64,000 nucleotides of DNA from Vairimorpha necatrix (Eukaryota), in assembly GCA_036630325.1 (NCBI GenBank), contig CP142732.1, forward strand, positions 992,001 through 1,056,000, in the 5' to 3' direction. Shown piece after piece: positions 35,538 to 47,846 of this stretch (within the stretch, counting starts at the first letter, position 1; every line of letters begins with the position of its first letter). Under the pieces are notes generated by a model. That model did no database searches, had not been told where the DNA came from, and saw only the letters and a list, made by a program, of their open reading frames with translations. The translations under genes and the position numbers were made by a program.

Positions 35538-36645
35538 TTTATGATTAGTAAATGTGAATCTTTTTTAATATTGTTTTGTCAACGACATCTTCAAAATATG
35601 TTATTATTGTGACTTTTAAAGCGAGTCATTTTGAGAACGAAGTACTAAAAAAAATTAAAAAAAATTTATAAAAATATTTTATCTATATTTATTACGTCTG
35701 TGCTTTTCATAATCATAATATTAATTGACAACCATAAATATATGTCATGCTATATCTAAGACTCAATTACTGGTCCATAAACGCATCTGTTACATTCCAA
35801 CCTCTTTTCTTAGGTATTATTTTCTCTATCTTCAAAATTTCAATCTCTTAAAAGTAAAGAAATGCTCTTGAGGACTTCTTAAAACGACGATAGTGCATTA
35901 AATACAATAGTTAATTACATTATGAACTGCAAAAATTGATATTGTAAAAAAAAAAATTTTAGATATCAACAAGCCTATTAATAAAAAATAGAAGAAAATA
36001 ATATATAAAGATTGCTAGCCTTTTGCCTTTAATAATTATAAAATAAATGTAATTGAAGATCAGAAATGTCTTAGGCCTGTCGAAAATGGAACCACCTTAC
36101 ATATGTTTTTAAAATGTTTGATTTGTTTTCATTCAATTTTAAATTAATTTAGGGGCCAAACAAACATAGTTTTTGATTTTTGTAGATTTTTACTACAAAC
36201 GAATACCTTCGTGCACTGAAATATATTTACGAATAAAATTTTTGATTTTTTCAAGAAATTTTTTTATTGAGAATTGACTGTTATCACAACTTAGACTAGT
36301 TATTACTTATAAACATTTATAGGTAGAGTATATAATCATATTTTATATTGTAATGAATTAAAATTCTTAAATATTCTCTTATTTTAATATGATAAAAGTA
36401 ATTATAATTTTTAATATTAGAAATTGTTTATATTAAAATCACTACAGGTAATTAAAAACCCTCGTCAAATCTCAAAAATGAGCATCATGTGTCTGTTTAT
36501 ATTAATTTAATATTGACAGACGTAATACAGAAATGAATTCTATAAAAAGTAAATCCAATTTGCAGTTAATTAAGGAATTGGGAAAATACCGTTTATTTAA
36601 TTTAATGAAAACCAATTATAAATAAAAAAAATTATGAACCCCCAA

Positions 36646-37776
36646 ATGACGGAACAAATTTCTGTAGGTATCGTAGGTATTGAATATCAACTGCCATGTT
36701 ATAAAATTGATGAAGCCGAAATAGCTCCAAAAATAGGCTGGGAACTAAACAAGATTAAAATTGGCTTAGGCATGCACGAATTTGGCGTAGTGGGACATAA
36801 AGAAGACGTAGTAAGTCTCGCCTTATCAGCAGTAGATAATTTACTAGTAAAATACAATGTGGACCCAAAAGACGTAGGGAAAATTGAAGTAGGAACAGAA
36901 AGCCATTTTGATAGTGCGAAATCTATAAAAACTTATTTGTTACAATTATTTAATGACAATGTGTCTATAGCCGGGTGTGACACTACGAATGCGTGCTATG
37001 GCGGAACCAATGCACTTTTAAATTGTCTGGCTTGGATGGAGTCATCATTTTGCAAGCATAAATACGCAATTGTAGTTTGTACTGATATTTCAATGTACGA
37101 CTCAAAACCAGCAGTCCCGACTTCGGGCGCCGGAGCAGTGGCAATGTTAATAGGAAGAGATCCTGTCTATAAAGTATTGCCTAAAACACTGTTCACTTAC
37201 AGTACTAACGAAAAAGATTTTCTTAAGCATAAATCAAGATATTTTCCTTACATCGAAGGTAAAGAGTCTGTTGAAGTTTATAAAAAAGCTTTCTCGAATG
37301 TTTATAACGAATTTATTTCGGAATTCTCTCCTGACTATTTTAATTACATGGCATTTCATTCTCCTTTCCCGAAAATGGTAGTAAAAGTATGTAATGAATT
37401 TAATATACCTCTGGAAAAAGTAGAAGATTCACTACTTGCATCAAGACATAATGGAAATACGTACACCGCCTCTTTATACTTTAGCTTAATTTCTCTTATC
37501 GCTTCAAATAAGGTAAAAATGAATGACGTCGTGTGTCTTTTTAGTTTTGGTTCGGGATGCGTGGGATCAATTTACTGTATTCAGAAAGTAAAGGAAGGTT
37601 GCGAAATTGAAGATCTGAGAGAAAGACTTGATTCAAGAAAACTCATAAACTACGAAAAATATGAAGAAATTTTGGAAAATATGCAAAACTATGCTATTAA
37701 AGATGAAGAAGAGGATATAAAAGGATACTCAATTGTCAAGGAAGAAAATTATTTTAGGACTTATATTAAAAAATAA
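36646..37776 (+). CDS. ERG13: Hydroxymethylglutaryl-CoA synthase
   Basis: EVGTES, catalytic NACYGGTNAL, GAGAVAMLIG, FHSPF, GNTYTASLY, FSFGSG. Start at ATG 36646 after CCCCC. Confidence 0.95.
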   Translation: MTEQISVGIVGIEYQLPCYKIDEAEIAPKIGWELNKIKIGLGMHEFGVVGHKEDVVSLALSAVDNLLVKYNVDPKDVGKIEVGTESHFDSAKSIKTYLLQLFNDNVSIAGCDTTNACYGGTNALLNCLAWMESSFCKHKYAIVVCTDISMYDSKPAVPTSGAGAVAMLIGRDPVYKVLPKTLFTYSTNEKDFLKHKSRYFPYIEGKESVEVYKKAFSNVYNEFISEFSPDYFNYMAFHSPFPKMVVKVCNEFNIPLEKVEDSLLASRHNGNTYTASLYFSLISLIASNKVKMNDVVCLFSFGSGCVGSIYCIQKVKEGCEIEDLRERLDSRKLINYEKYEEILENMQNYAIKDEEEDIKGYSIVKEENYFRTYIKK

Positions 37777-39866
37777 ATTATTTTATTTTTTTTTAATCAT
37801 AAAATGCAAAAAAAAAATTATATTTTTGATTTAATTTAAAGCATTGGACAAAATTTCAAAGACAATTTATACAATAGATATATTTCATAAACTATTATAT
37901 CACTGATCATCGTATGTTAATTTTACAGGGTATCGCTTGAGAGTTTCGTGAAAAAATTTTTGTTCTTAAAACCGTATTTAGATATGATTAAAAAAATTAT
38001 TGCATATGTTAAATATTTCATTAAATCTTAAATTTTTTAAACAAATAATACTTGTTACTTTGTAACATAGAGAGGTATGTTTAGCCTAAATAAATAAGTT
38101 TAATGATTTCATAGTTTTATTATGTTATAAAAATGATATCAAAATAATAAAAAAGCATAAACTCTAGAAAAAAAGGTTTTGTATGTTAACGTGATTAATA
38201 CGTACATTGTAACACAATCAAGGATATAATTTGAATTTATGAATAAGCATTAGACACTTGTTTAAATTTTTTTTCGTCTTTGCCTATTTAAAAAACATTT
38301 ATATTATATAAATAGCATAAATATAACGTCAGATCCCGTAACTAATAAGTTCTCTTTCTAAAATTTCCATTTCGTAGTAAAATTGACAAGAAAATCGCCA
38401 TTTTTAAGTAAAATTAATTATACGTGACATAGAATATATAAATATCATATTACATCAGTGACAATTTCTAATATATGGTAAAATAGAATATAAAATTTAT
38501 CAGAAAAAAATGTTTAAGATGCCAAACAATCTGTAACTTATATTTTTATTAGGCAAATTTATTATTCACTTCGATAATCTTACTATGTCTTTTTTTCGTT
38601 TAATAAAGAAAATTTGTAGACAATTATGGACATAATTTCAATCTTTGAATTATTTAAATCACGACTTTGATAAAATTTAAAAGCCCGACTCATATTAGTG
38701 ACTAGTTCCCACTAGTTTGCACAAATTAAAAATTGTTCTTATTAATTATAACCTTCTTCATAGTATAAACAGTAATTGGCGGTGTAAGATATCTAAAGCA
38801 TGCAGATAATTATTGGCATACAGTATCGTTTACACCTCTATATTTTCAGGCTGTATGTTATTAAAATGTCTTAATTCTGAAGGACATCAAGATTTACATG
38901 TATCTTATCTTCTTTTAGAACATGTACCAGTTACTTTGTATGGTAACATCACATAAATACCTTTCGTCTTGTTTGTTACATAAACTCAAATTAAATATAT
39001 AATATCAGCAGACGAATATGCTTAAGAATTTTTGTTTTACAAATTTAAGTAATTTATATTTATACTACAAATACATGCCATTTTCATCTATGTTAGAACT
39101 CAGATATTATATGAGAACTTAAAGTTGAAAAAAAAGATCGATAACAACTATTTTTTTAGTGTTTTTTATAGAAATATAGTTACATGTCTAAAAGACATAT
39201 AATATGATAACCTTACTATGAAATTAAAGGTAAAAAATTTTTTAGATATTTTTTTTGAGTAAATAGAGCAATAACAAATTTTAGGTCGCAAAAAAAAAAT
39301 CAATCACAACTGCAAAAAAAAGTATGCATGGTCTCTAGCATTAAGGAGCTAGTATATAATTAATTGAGCAATAAAAATATTTATTAGGTAATTTTTAATA
39401 TATTTGTTTCTACAATTATAAGTTTGTAAAAGCTAAGAAAAAAATATTACAAAGATGAGAGTTTGCGTTTTTTGTAAAGTGTACATCTTCAAAAATATAT
39501 CGTTAGATCATATAAAAAATTTTCATAAAGAATAAGGGAAAGGTTTTTTTTTTAAAAAATGAATAAAAGTATACTCTGTTTATTGATAAGTATTTTGTCG
39601 TCAAGCTATCGCTGTAATATAGCTTTTACTGTAAATTACAATATAATACAGAATCACACTTACCATAGATATAAATACAATTGTATGTACTTGTATAAAT
39701 TTTAATTTTTATAGCGCAAAGAAAAGAGATGTAAAAATAAATCAAAATATTATAGAGAAACAATAACTGCATATAAAATTGAATTTTGAAATTCGATCTG
39801 TTATATTTTTACGATACTTTAAATTTCTTATGATTAATAGAGTAATTACATTCATAAAGTACTTTA

Positions 39867-39989
39867 TGTCGTAGCCGATCAAATACTGACCAATCATATT
39901 CGTACAAATGGACAGATTTGATTGGCTACAAAAAGTATTTAAAAACATTTCCAAAAGAGGGGTGGAAAATTCTAATAAAGTTATTGACA
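39867..39989 (+). repeat. 5' LTR (123 bp)
   Basis: tgtcgtagcc...aataaagttattgaca. Differs from the 3' LTR only in ggggtggaaaa vs ggggatgaaaaa. Confidence 0.96.
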
Positions 39990-42900
39990 TGGCGACGACG
40001 ACAAACAATGTCAGCTATTACACAGGAGAGGCCGGGGAGGACATTAACACCTGGTTAAGAGACATCATGCTGCTAGGTGAAATATCCAGCTGGGCCGAAA
40101 AGCAGTACAAAATAGTTATTATCAGCAAACTTAAAGGAAAGGCTTTATCTTGGGCTTCACAAACATTAGTAGGGAAAACAGAATTATTGTCAGTGGAAGA
40201 GATAATTACTGGTTTGAAGAAGAGATTTGGCTCATCAAGGAACAATGACATAACTTTAACCAGATTCTTAGCATTAACAGTCCCAGAGACTAGAGAAGAT
40301 TATTCACAGATGTTGCAGGAAGCAACAGTGATATACGAGCGAGCGCTTGTCAACCTTGATGCGTTATGCCAAATGATAATCAATAAATCGCCTATAGAGA
40401 TCAAAGCTCTATTATATCAGACCGCCACTACAGTTCAGACTTGGCAGGAATTCATGCAGAAAGCCGAAGAAATATCTTGGATCCCATATCCGGATAAGAT
40501 GCTAGCTAGGACCGAGATTCACAACAACACGGGCAAAGGGCCCAACATTACAAACAACTACGAGAGAAGACGCAAAGAAAACAGGACTTACCAAAAATCA
40601 CCGAGATATAACAATAAACACTGCACACTTCATGGAGAATGCAATCACTACACAAGGGATTGCAAAGTGCTAACTAATATCCTCCAAAGGGAGAGAAACA
40701 ATTTAAAAAGAAAAGGTATTAACGAGCTAGAGGAGTATAAAAGCGAAGAAGAAACGACAATGAATAAAGAAAATGAATTTTACTTGCACCGTTTAAAAAA
40801 TAATTCTAATCCGTTTTTTGTCCAAAGCCGTATGTTTAAAAAATATAAAAGCTTTATTGGATACTGGTGCAGATGTTTCTGTTATAGATTACAATGAAAT
40901 CCCACTTGAAGAACGGAATAAGATCATAAAATATATAGGTGTGTAAGAGGCATAGGTAAAGAAATTTTAAAAGTGGAAGGATACTTAAAAGACTGTACAA
41001 TAGAAATTAACGGTAAACGTGTGAACTTCTCTCCCCTAATAATTAAAGACACTAAGTACACTATAGTAGGAGCAAACGTAATATGTAAGAACCGAAAACC
41101 AATTCTGGACATTTTAAACGCCCCAAATCGTGGAATAAATCAAATATCTAATCTCACGGAACACTCAGAAGAAAATAGAATATTTAAAGAATTCGAAGAC
41201 GTATTTAAAACCGAAATAGGAGACTATAATCTCTGCACTGCGGGAAAACATCGAATACTGACAAACAGCACTAAGATCATTTGTCAAAGAAATGGAAGAA
41301 TCCCAATAGCACAAGGGGAAGCTGTCAACGACGAAATAAGCAAACTATTAAAGCTTAGCATACTAAGGGAAAGCAGGAGTCCTTGGTGCAGTAGAATACT
41401 TATGGTACCAAAACCAGATAAGACGTGGAGAATGTGCGTCGACTATAGAGGGCTAAACAGTATAACCATAAAAGATGCATATATGACTCCAAGAATAGAC
41501 GAAATATTTGACAGTTTATCAAATGCGACTATTTTTACAATATTGGACGCTACGAGCGGGTTTCACCAAATACCCTTACAAGAAGAAGATAAAGAAAAAA
41601 CAGCATTCTCATATAGGGGACGACTATACGAATTTAATCGTATGCCTTTCGGTCTTTGCAACGCCCCGGCAACTTTTCAAAGAGCAATGGACAATATATT
41701 TAGAAAAGAAAACCACAATTTCGTGATACCATATTTAGACGACATAATAGTATATTCAAAAAATAAAGAAGATCATATGAAACACGTAAAGATAGTACTA
41801 GGAAAAATTAGAGCCGCGAATCTATCGCTGAATAAAAATAAGTGTAAGTTTTTTAGATCCGAAATAAAGATTTTGGGAAATGTAATAGGACACGGAATTA
41901 TAAAGATAGATGAAACGCGTATCAAAGATATACGGCATATCCGATTCCTTTTACTATAAAGGAATTGAGAAGTTTGTTAGGAATAGCAAATTATTGTAGA
42001 GATTTTGTGAAAAAAATGGCGGAAATCACGGGTCCTTTGTATGACATACTCAAAGGCGAAAAGCAGACGTCGAATAAAAAAATAACCCTTACTGATGAGC
42101 AACTAGATACATTTAAAATTGTGAAAAAAGTATTAAGCCAGAATACCATACGTACACAGCCAAATTTCCATGCTCCCTTTATATTAGTGACAGACGCGTC
42201 TGAAACGGGGATTGGAGCAGTACTTTTACAAAAGAATAAAGGAGGAAATGAAAAGATGATAGCTGCAAATAGCAAGAGACTGGATAATTGCCAAAAGAAC
42301 TATTCGGTAACCGATAAAGAACTCCTTGGTTTAGTAAAAGGGATAGAACATTTTAGGCATTATCTTTTGGGAAATAAGTTTACACTAAGAACAGATCATA
42401 AAGCTTTGATCTACCTATGGACAGTAAAAGACCCGACAAGTAGGATTCTCAGGTGGGCCCTTAAACTAGCGGAATACAATTTTGAACTTGAATATATAAA
42501 AGGAGAACATAATATAGTGGATGGTTTTAGTAGAATCAATCAAGAGCATGAAACGTGTAACATCAATGCACACCAGTTATCGAATAATACCAAAAATATA
42601 CTAGAAGAGTACCACATGATTTCGGGACATGGATCGCCAAATACCATGAAATTCATGATCGCACAGACATACAAATGGAAAAACATGCATCAAGATATAT
42701 CCCAATTCGTAAACAATTGTGAAACGTGTTTACGCTCTGGATACAAACGCGTGAAAACGAAAAATAAGGTTATACTCTCTGAAAGACCCAACCAGCTATA
42801 GGAATTTGATCTTTTAGGTAGACTCTCTGACAGCAATGGAAGTGGATATATATTCGTTGCAATCGATCATTATTCGAAGTGGATAGAGACCAAGATTTTA

Positions 42901-43584
42901 CGAAGTAAAAAGGGATCTGAAATATATAACGCGATCGAAGAACTAATCATTAGTAAACATGGGATACCCGAGAGAGTCTTGACAGACAACGGGTTAGAAT
43001 TTGACAATTCAGAAGTACAATCACTAGCGAATAAATACAATATATCATGGGAATTTTGTTCCCCATACCATCATCAAACCACAGGCGCCGTCGAAAGGGT
43101 CATACAGACATTAGCGAACAAAATAAGAAAATTATCGAATTATGGCAAACTTAGCTGGAGAAAGGTCGTCAAAGAAGCTACCTTGGCAGTTAATTTATCT
43201 TTTAATCGATCAATAGGAACTTCTCCGTATATATTAAGATTCGGTCAGCAAATAAAAACAGCTGTAGACGAGAAAATGGGCGTTACTCCTAAGACCTATA
43301 CTAGGCAAGAGTTATTACGAAAACGAGACCTAAACTTCAAAAAATACAGTAAGGCTATCGTCAAAGGGAAAATAGAGATAAAAGAAAAGCTTAAGGTTGG
43401 CGACAACGTTTTAATATATAGAAATTATCCAGGGGGTGGTAAACTGGAAGCTAAATGGATACCAGGCTACATCATAATCAAAATTTTAAGCAAAGATGCA
43501 TTTCTAGTAAAAAGAAAAAATACTTTGGGGGAACTGAGAGTCAATAAAAGTCATATTAAAAAGGATACGTCAAAGACTAATTGA
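39989..43584 (+). pseudogene. gag-pol polyprotein disrupted by 3 frameshifts (~40840, ~40935, ~41932) and a TGG>TAG nonsense codon (42799)
   Basis: Gag with CTLHGECNHYTRDC. Protease LLDTGA (40854) in the +1 frame. RT MCVDYR, MPFGL, YLDDI. RNase H TDAS, TDHKAL. Integrase HHCC plus EFD/TDNG/VER. Confidence 0.92.
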
Positions 43585-43589
43585 GGGGG

Positions 43590-43713
43590 TGTCGTAGCCG
43601 ATCAAATACTGACCAATCATATTCGTACAAATGGACAGATTTGATTGGCTACAAAAAGTATTTAAAAACATTTCCAAAAGAGGGGATGAAAAATTCTAAT
43701 AAAGTTATTGACA
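43590..43713 (+). repeat. 3' LTR (124 bp)
   Basis: Direct repeat of 39867-39989. Confidence 0.96.
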
Positions 43714-43817
43714 CTTTATATATTTTTTTTTATATAAGCAAAAATGTTTTATTTTTATCTTTTCAATTTATTATTTTTAAAGTTATAGTAATAACGGTTT
43801 TTTTATTTACCCCCTTT

Positions 43818-46505
43818 ATGATTTCAGAACAGATTAAGAAATATAAGAAAACTTCTCATACAAATTTACGATACTCAGAATCTGAAGATTTAGACACAGA
43901 ATCACTTCTAGATCTTATTCCAGAAATTATACCACGTACAAAATATCTTTCAACTACATCTTTACATTTTGATAGACTACGTTTAACGTCCATTGAAGAG
44001 TTCAAATTCAACAAAAAATTTAAATTGTGGCTTATGTCGTTAGTAATATACGGAGAAGAAGAAGGCTATGAATATTTATTAGATTTTCTTATTAGAAAAT
44101 ATAAAATACATGAATTTAATGAACGAGAACTTTTATTTATTACTTTGCCATTTCCAAAATATTATACAAACCAAATAAGAATTTTTGATTTTTTAAAATC
44201 TCAAAAAACTTTTAGTACTGAATTTATTGCTGAGTGCTGTGCCAAATATGTGGATTTCTTTTTTTTTTTTATTGACTATTTTGATTATTATGAAGAATTT
44301 AAATTTTTTTTAAATGAAGTAATTGATATTTTTATAGTTAAAAATATTAGCAAAATGAATAAACATATTGATGCATTAAATGAGATTAAAAATAAATTAA
44401 ATAATGAGGACAATTTAATAGTAAAAAAAATTAATGACTCTTTAGAGGGTAAAATTTTTAAGAATAATCTTAAAATTAATAGCCCGCGTATTGTAAAAAA
44501 TACTAGTGAATATTTGATTTTCTATGAAAATAATTCAAGTAGAAATTTGCTAAATAATTTTGATAAACTAAAAGAATACATAATTTGTTTAAAAGAAAAT
44601 GAGTTAAAAGATAAAAATTTTACCGAAGAAGAACTAAAAATCTTAAATTTTATAATTTTTAAAGAAAATAGAAATCTCAATGATTTTTGTATTGAAGATA
44701 ATTTCAATTGTTATTTGAAACTAGTAGAAGAAATTGAACCCAAAGAAGAACTTTTTAAAATTTTATATAAGAAATTTAAAAAAGAATTGTTGGCCGCGAG
44801 CAATCGTATCTTTGATTTTTATACGAAAGAAGATATTCTAAAAATTATAGATAAAGATAATTACAAAGACTCACCTATAAAAGATAAAGAAGTACTTGTA
44901 AAAGCCATGGAATTTATAACTTTTGATCCATCAGTATTTAATGGCACAATGATTTCGCAAGAAGATGTTTTATCATTATTTGAAATCCATCAAAATGATA
45001 AAGTTTTTTTAAGTAATTTAAAATTTTTTTGTGAAGTAAATAAATTGAACACAGATTTGTTTAATAATGAGAAATATAAAACATTTAGTGAGTTAAATAT
45101 AGAAAATTGTAGAGATATAGAGATCATTATAGATCATTATAAAGAAGATAGAGAAATAATCAAAAGAGTTAATCATATTCCTATAATAATAGAATTATGC
45201 TCTAATTTAGGATATGAGGAAGTTTTGAACAATTACGATCTCAATTTTATCATTAAAATTTCCAACGAAATGCAAAAAAATAACAATGAGAGCTTTAATA
45301 GTGATGATGACGAAGATTTGGAATTTTTGAAATATTTAATTGATAGATTTAATATTGAAGATATTTTGTTTATTTTGAAAGATCAAAGCAGAAAACTTAT
45401 AAATTTTGTAGACCACGACAAATTTTATAAATTGAAATGTATAATTCAAGAATTTGCTACAGAATCAGAGGATTGCAAGTTTATTTATAAAATTTTTTAT
45501 AAAAATTTTAAGAAATATAGAAATCACCTCGACTTATTATATTTGTACAAGAAAGAATTTGGCTTTATAAATGATTTTAAGGATCAAATACTAGAAAACT
45601 TCAGCGATCTTGTAGAAGTTATAGATTTTTATATTTGTAATACAGATTATTCAGATATCAGAATTATTAATAAAGTAAGTAGCGAACTCATTAAGAGGCA
45701 GAAAAAATCTATTCTTTTACTTTTTGATCAATTTGCAAATGTCATGATTCCTTACATAGGTGAATTTATAAAAAATTTTAATTTTATAGACAGTTATAAA
45801 AACGACACGTCATTATTAAAACTAAGTCCTAATGTGCTACTTAGAAACATCGTAAAATATAAAAAGACAAATGATTATGAATATCAAATAATTAGAATAT
45901 TAAAACAAAAAGACGATATTGATTTAAATATTTTCAATAGTGTTATAACCGAAAATACAAACAAAGAATGTGTATTGAGTGCCGACATTTTATACGCCAT
46001 CGTCAAGCACAAATATAAAAAAGACGTAGAATTCGATGTTTCAAGATTTTTAGACATTTTATACATTGAGAACATAAATTTGTTTATGAAACTAACAAAA
46101 TATTTTCCAATGGACATTAAAGACTTATATTATAATAAAATAGTGAAAAATAAGTCTTATAATTTGATCAATAAGAGTTTTGCGTCTTTTAATTTGGATA
46201 ATGAGGATATAGTATTTGATTATATAAAAGATTATTATGACGGTCAAAATATAGAAACAGAGATTAGTATTCTGAGTAATAATATTAAAAATATCAAGAA
46301 ATTTAATAAAACAATATTAAAGAATTTAGACAATGAAATATACAGGACTTTAATATTAATATCGAAATGTGTCGACAATAACAAGGAATATGAAGTTTGT
46401 CATAAAGATATTCACCAGTCTATAATTTTATTAGTTGATAGTAAAGATGAAAATATTAAGAAACTAAGCAGAGAAATTTACGACAAAATAATCAAAAATA
46501 TATAA
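43818..46505 (+). CDS. UTP10: U3 snoRNP protein Utp10/HEATR1-like
   Basis: LLDFLIRKYKIHEFNERELLFITLPF matches the Utp10 N-terminal motif (LExLIRRFxIHxxN...LPY). Real ATG at 43818 after CCCCC; the 5' extension in the track is LTR sequence. Confidence 0.7.
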   Translation: MISEQIKKYKKTSHTNLRYSESEDLDTESLLDLIPEIIPRTKYLSTTSLHFDRLRLTSIEEFKFNKKFKLWLMSLVIYGEEEGYEYLLDFLIRKYKIHEFNERELLFITLPFPKYYTNQIRIFDFLKSQKTFSTEFIAECCAKYVDFFFFFIDYFDYYEEFKFFLNEVIDIFIVKNISKMNKHIDALNEIKNKLNNEDNLIVKKINDSLEGKIFKNNLKINSPRIVKNTSEYLIFYENNSSRNLLNNFDKLKEYIICLKENELKDKNFTEEELKILNFIIFKENRNLNDFCIEDNFNCYLKLVEEIEPKEELFKILYKKFKKELLAASNRIFDFYTKEDILKIIDKDNYKDSPIKDKEVLVKAMEFITFDPSVFNGTMISQEDVLSLFEIHQNDKVFLSNLKFFCEVNKLNTDLFNNEKYKTFSELNIENCRDIEIIIDHYKEDREIIKRVNHIPIIIELCSNLGYEEVLNNYDLNFIIKISNEMQKNNNESFNSDDDEDLEFLKYLIDRFNIEDILFILKDQSRKLINFVDHDKFYKLKCIIQEFATESEDCKFIYKIFYKNFKKYRNHLDLLYLYKKEFGFINDFKDQILENFSDLVEVIDFYICNTDYSDIRIINKVSSELIKRQKKSILLLFDQFANVMIPYIGEFIKNFNFIDSYKNDTSLLKLSPNVLLRNIVKYKKTNDYEYQIIRILKQKDDIDLNIFNSVITENTNKECVLSADILYAIVKHKYKKDVEFDVSRFLDILYIENINLFMKLTKYFPMDIKDLYYNKIVKNKSYNLINKSFASFNLDNEDIVFDYIKDYYDGQNIETEISILSNNIKNIKKFNKTILKNLDNEIYRTLILISKCVDNNKEYEVCHKDIHQSIILLVDSKDENIKKLSREIYDKIIKNI

Positions 46506-46532
46506 AAAATAAAAATTTTAATATTTATTTAA

Positions 46533-47318
46533 TCAACAGAAAATAAATCCTGTTTTGTAGTTTAAAATTTCAATATCTAAATATAAAATCTCATTATAGA
46601 TCATTTCTATGTAAAAATCATTTATAAATTCGTTATTTTTAGGCTTGAAATATAAATTTGGGTTTTCTCGTATTCCTATCTTCATAGACTTTGTATATTG
46701 ATTTTTATTAATTATGAAAAAATCTAAAGTATAAAAAAATTTCATCTCGTAAATTTTATCTTTATATTTGAATATAAAAATGTTATTGTACTTGAAATAT
46801 GTGAATAAATAATCAAAAATCACTTTCTTATGGTCTACATTTTCAAGTTCATTAAACCACAATTTTATTGTTTTATTAGACTTAAAATCTTGAATAAAAG
46901 ACTCTGAATTATTATGATCTTGACAGCATTCTGGCAAATCACTTTTATTTATAAAAAGAAAAAAAGATGAAATTAGTAGACCTTTCGGGCGAACTTTGAT
47001 TTTAAGATCCTTTACACTCGCAAATTCGTTGTTATGACATGACCAACAATCAATAAGTTCATGCCAATCTTCAGAAGGAAGTAAATTGTAAGATGAATAT
47101 TCTATCTTATTAAAATGTTTACATTTAAAATCAAATTTTTCAAGTTTAGAATTTTCAGAATGAAAAATTTTATTTTTAAAATTTTTTATTGTATAAACAA
47201 AAATGTTATTGACAAGTTCATACGAACTAATTTGATAATCATGTTCATATTTAAAAATTTGATTCTTTTCTTCTGCGTATAAAAACCCTTCATTGTTTTT
47301 TACAATTTCGATTATCAT
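46533..47318 (-). CDS. UBE3D/Ipa1-like protein (E2C-binding, HECT-like family)
   Basis: LPSEDWHELIDCWSCH motif. Confidence 0.75.
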   Translation of the reverse strand: MIIEIVKNNEGFLYAEEKNQIFKYEHDYQISSYELVNNIFVYTIKNFKNKIFHSENSKLEKFDFKCKHFNKIEYSSYNLLPSEDWHELIDCWSCHNNEFASVKDLKIKVRPKGLLISSFFLFINKSDLPECCQDHNNSESFIQDFKSNKTIKLWFNELENVDHKKVIFDYLFTYFKYNNIFIFKYKDKIYEMKFFYTLDFFIINKNQYTKSMKIGIRENPNLYFKPKNNEFINDFYIEMIYNEILYLDIEILNYKTGFIFC

Positions 47319-47417
47319 TTTTTTACAAATGGGTTAAAAAATGAAAATTCTTTATTTTTTTTTATTATCTTGTTTAGGCCTTGTAAAAAAATTTTGTTAT
47401 TTTAGTTAATAAAAATT

Positions 47418-47846
47418 TTAGAAATACTTAGAGAAATCTTTCCTCAATTTCGTCGTCTCTTCTGCCATCTCTTCGAATGTTCTATCACTACGTACAATAT
47501 CTAAAGCACCCTTAGAATATATTCTATCATTATCTTCAATATCATTTATATTTCTTGGAACAATATGAATATGAACATGTGGCACACTTTGCCCAGCTTC
47601 TTTGCCATCTTGACAAGAGACAGTAAAAGAAGACCCGTAAGATTTTAAAGCTTTGAGACAACGACGAACACAATCAAATAAATCAGAATATTCTTCATTA
47701 GAAAGATCAGATAAATTTGGTTTTATTGATTTTGGAGAAACGAGGATATGATAAGGCAGGAAAGGGCGCAAATTAGTAAAAACAAAACAGTGTTCTGTTT
47801 TTACTATGATGTGCTCTTCAGGAATATCAAAAACACCAAATTTCAT
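47418..47846 (-). CDS. FHIT: Fhit/Hnt2 bis(5'-adenosyl)-triphosphatase (HIT family)
   Basis: NLRPFLPYHILVSP, QDGKEAGQSVPHVHIHIVPR, RTFEEMAEE. Confidence 0.92.
   Translation of the reverse strand: MKFGVFDIPEEHIIVKTEHCFVFTNLRPFLPYHILVSPKSIKPNLSDLSNEEYSDLFDCVRRCLKALKSYGSSFTVSCQDGKEAGQSVPHVHIHIVPRNINDIEDNDRIYSKGALDIVRSDRTFEEMAEETTKLRKDFSKYF

Larger units (their letters stand above)
39867..43713 (+). mobile_element. Full-length, disabled Ty3/Gypsy LTR retrotransposon (3847 bp)
   Basis: TG...CA LTRs at 39867-39989 and 43590-43713, TSD CTTTA (39862-39866, 43714-43718), PBS TGGCG at 39990, PPT GAGGGGG before the 3' LTR. Domain order gag-PR-RT-RH-IN. Confidence 0.96.

Noticed and set aside
40830-40850. 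Programmed -1 frameshift at TTTAAAA between gag and pol
   Set aside because: The protease motif is +1 relative to gag, and RT returns to the gag frame, so these look like compensating lesions in a single ORF.
43581-43817. 79-aa N-terminal extension of the 974-aa ORF
   Set aside because: TTG start and LTR sequence; the real start follows CCCCC at 43818.
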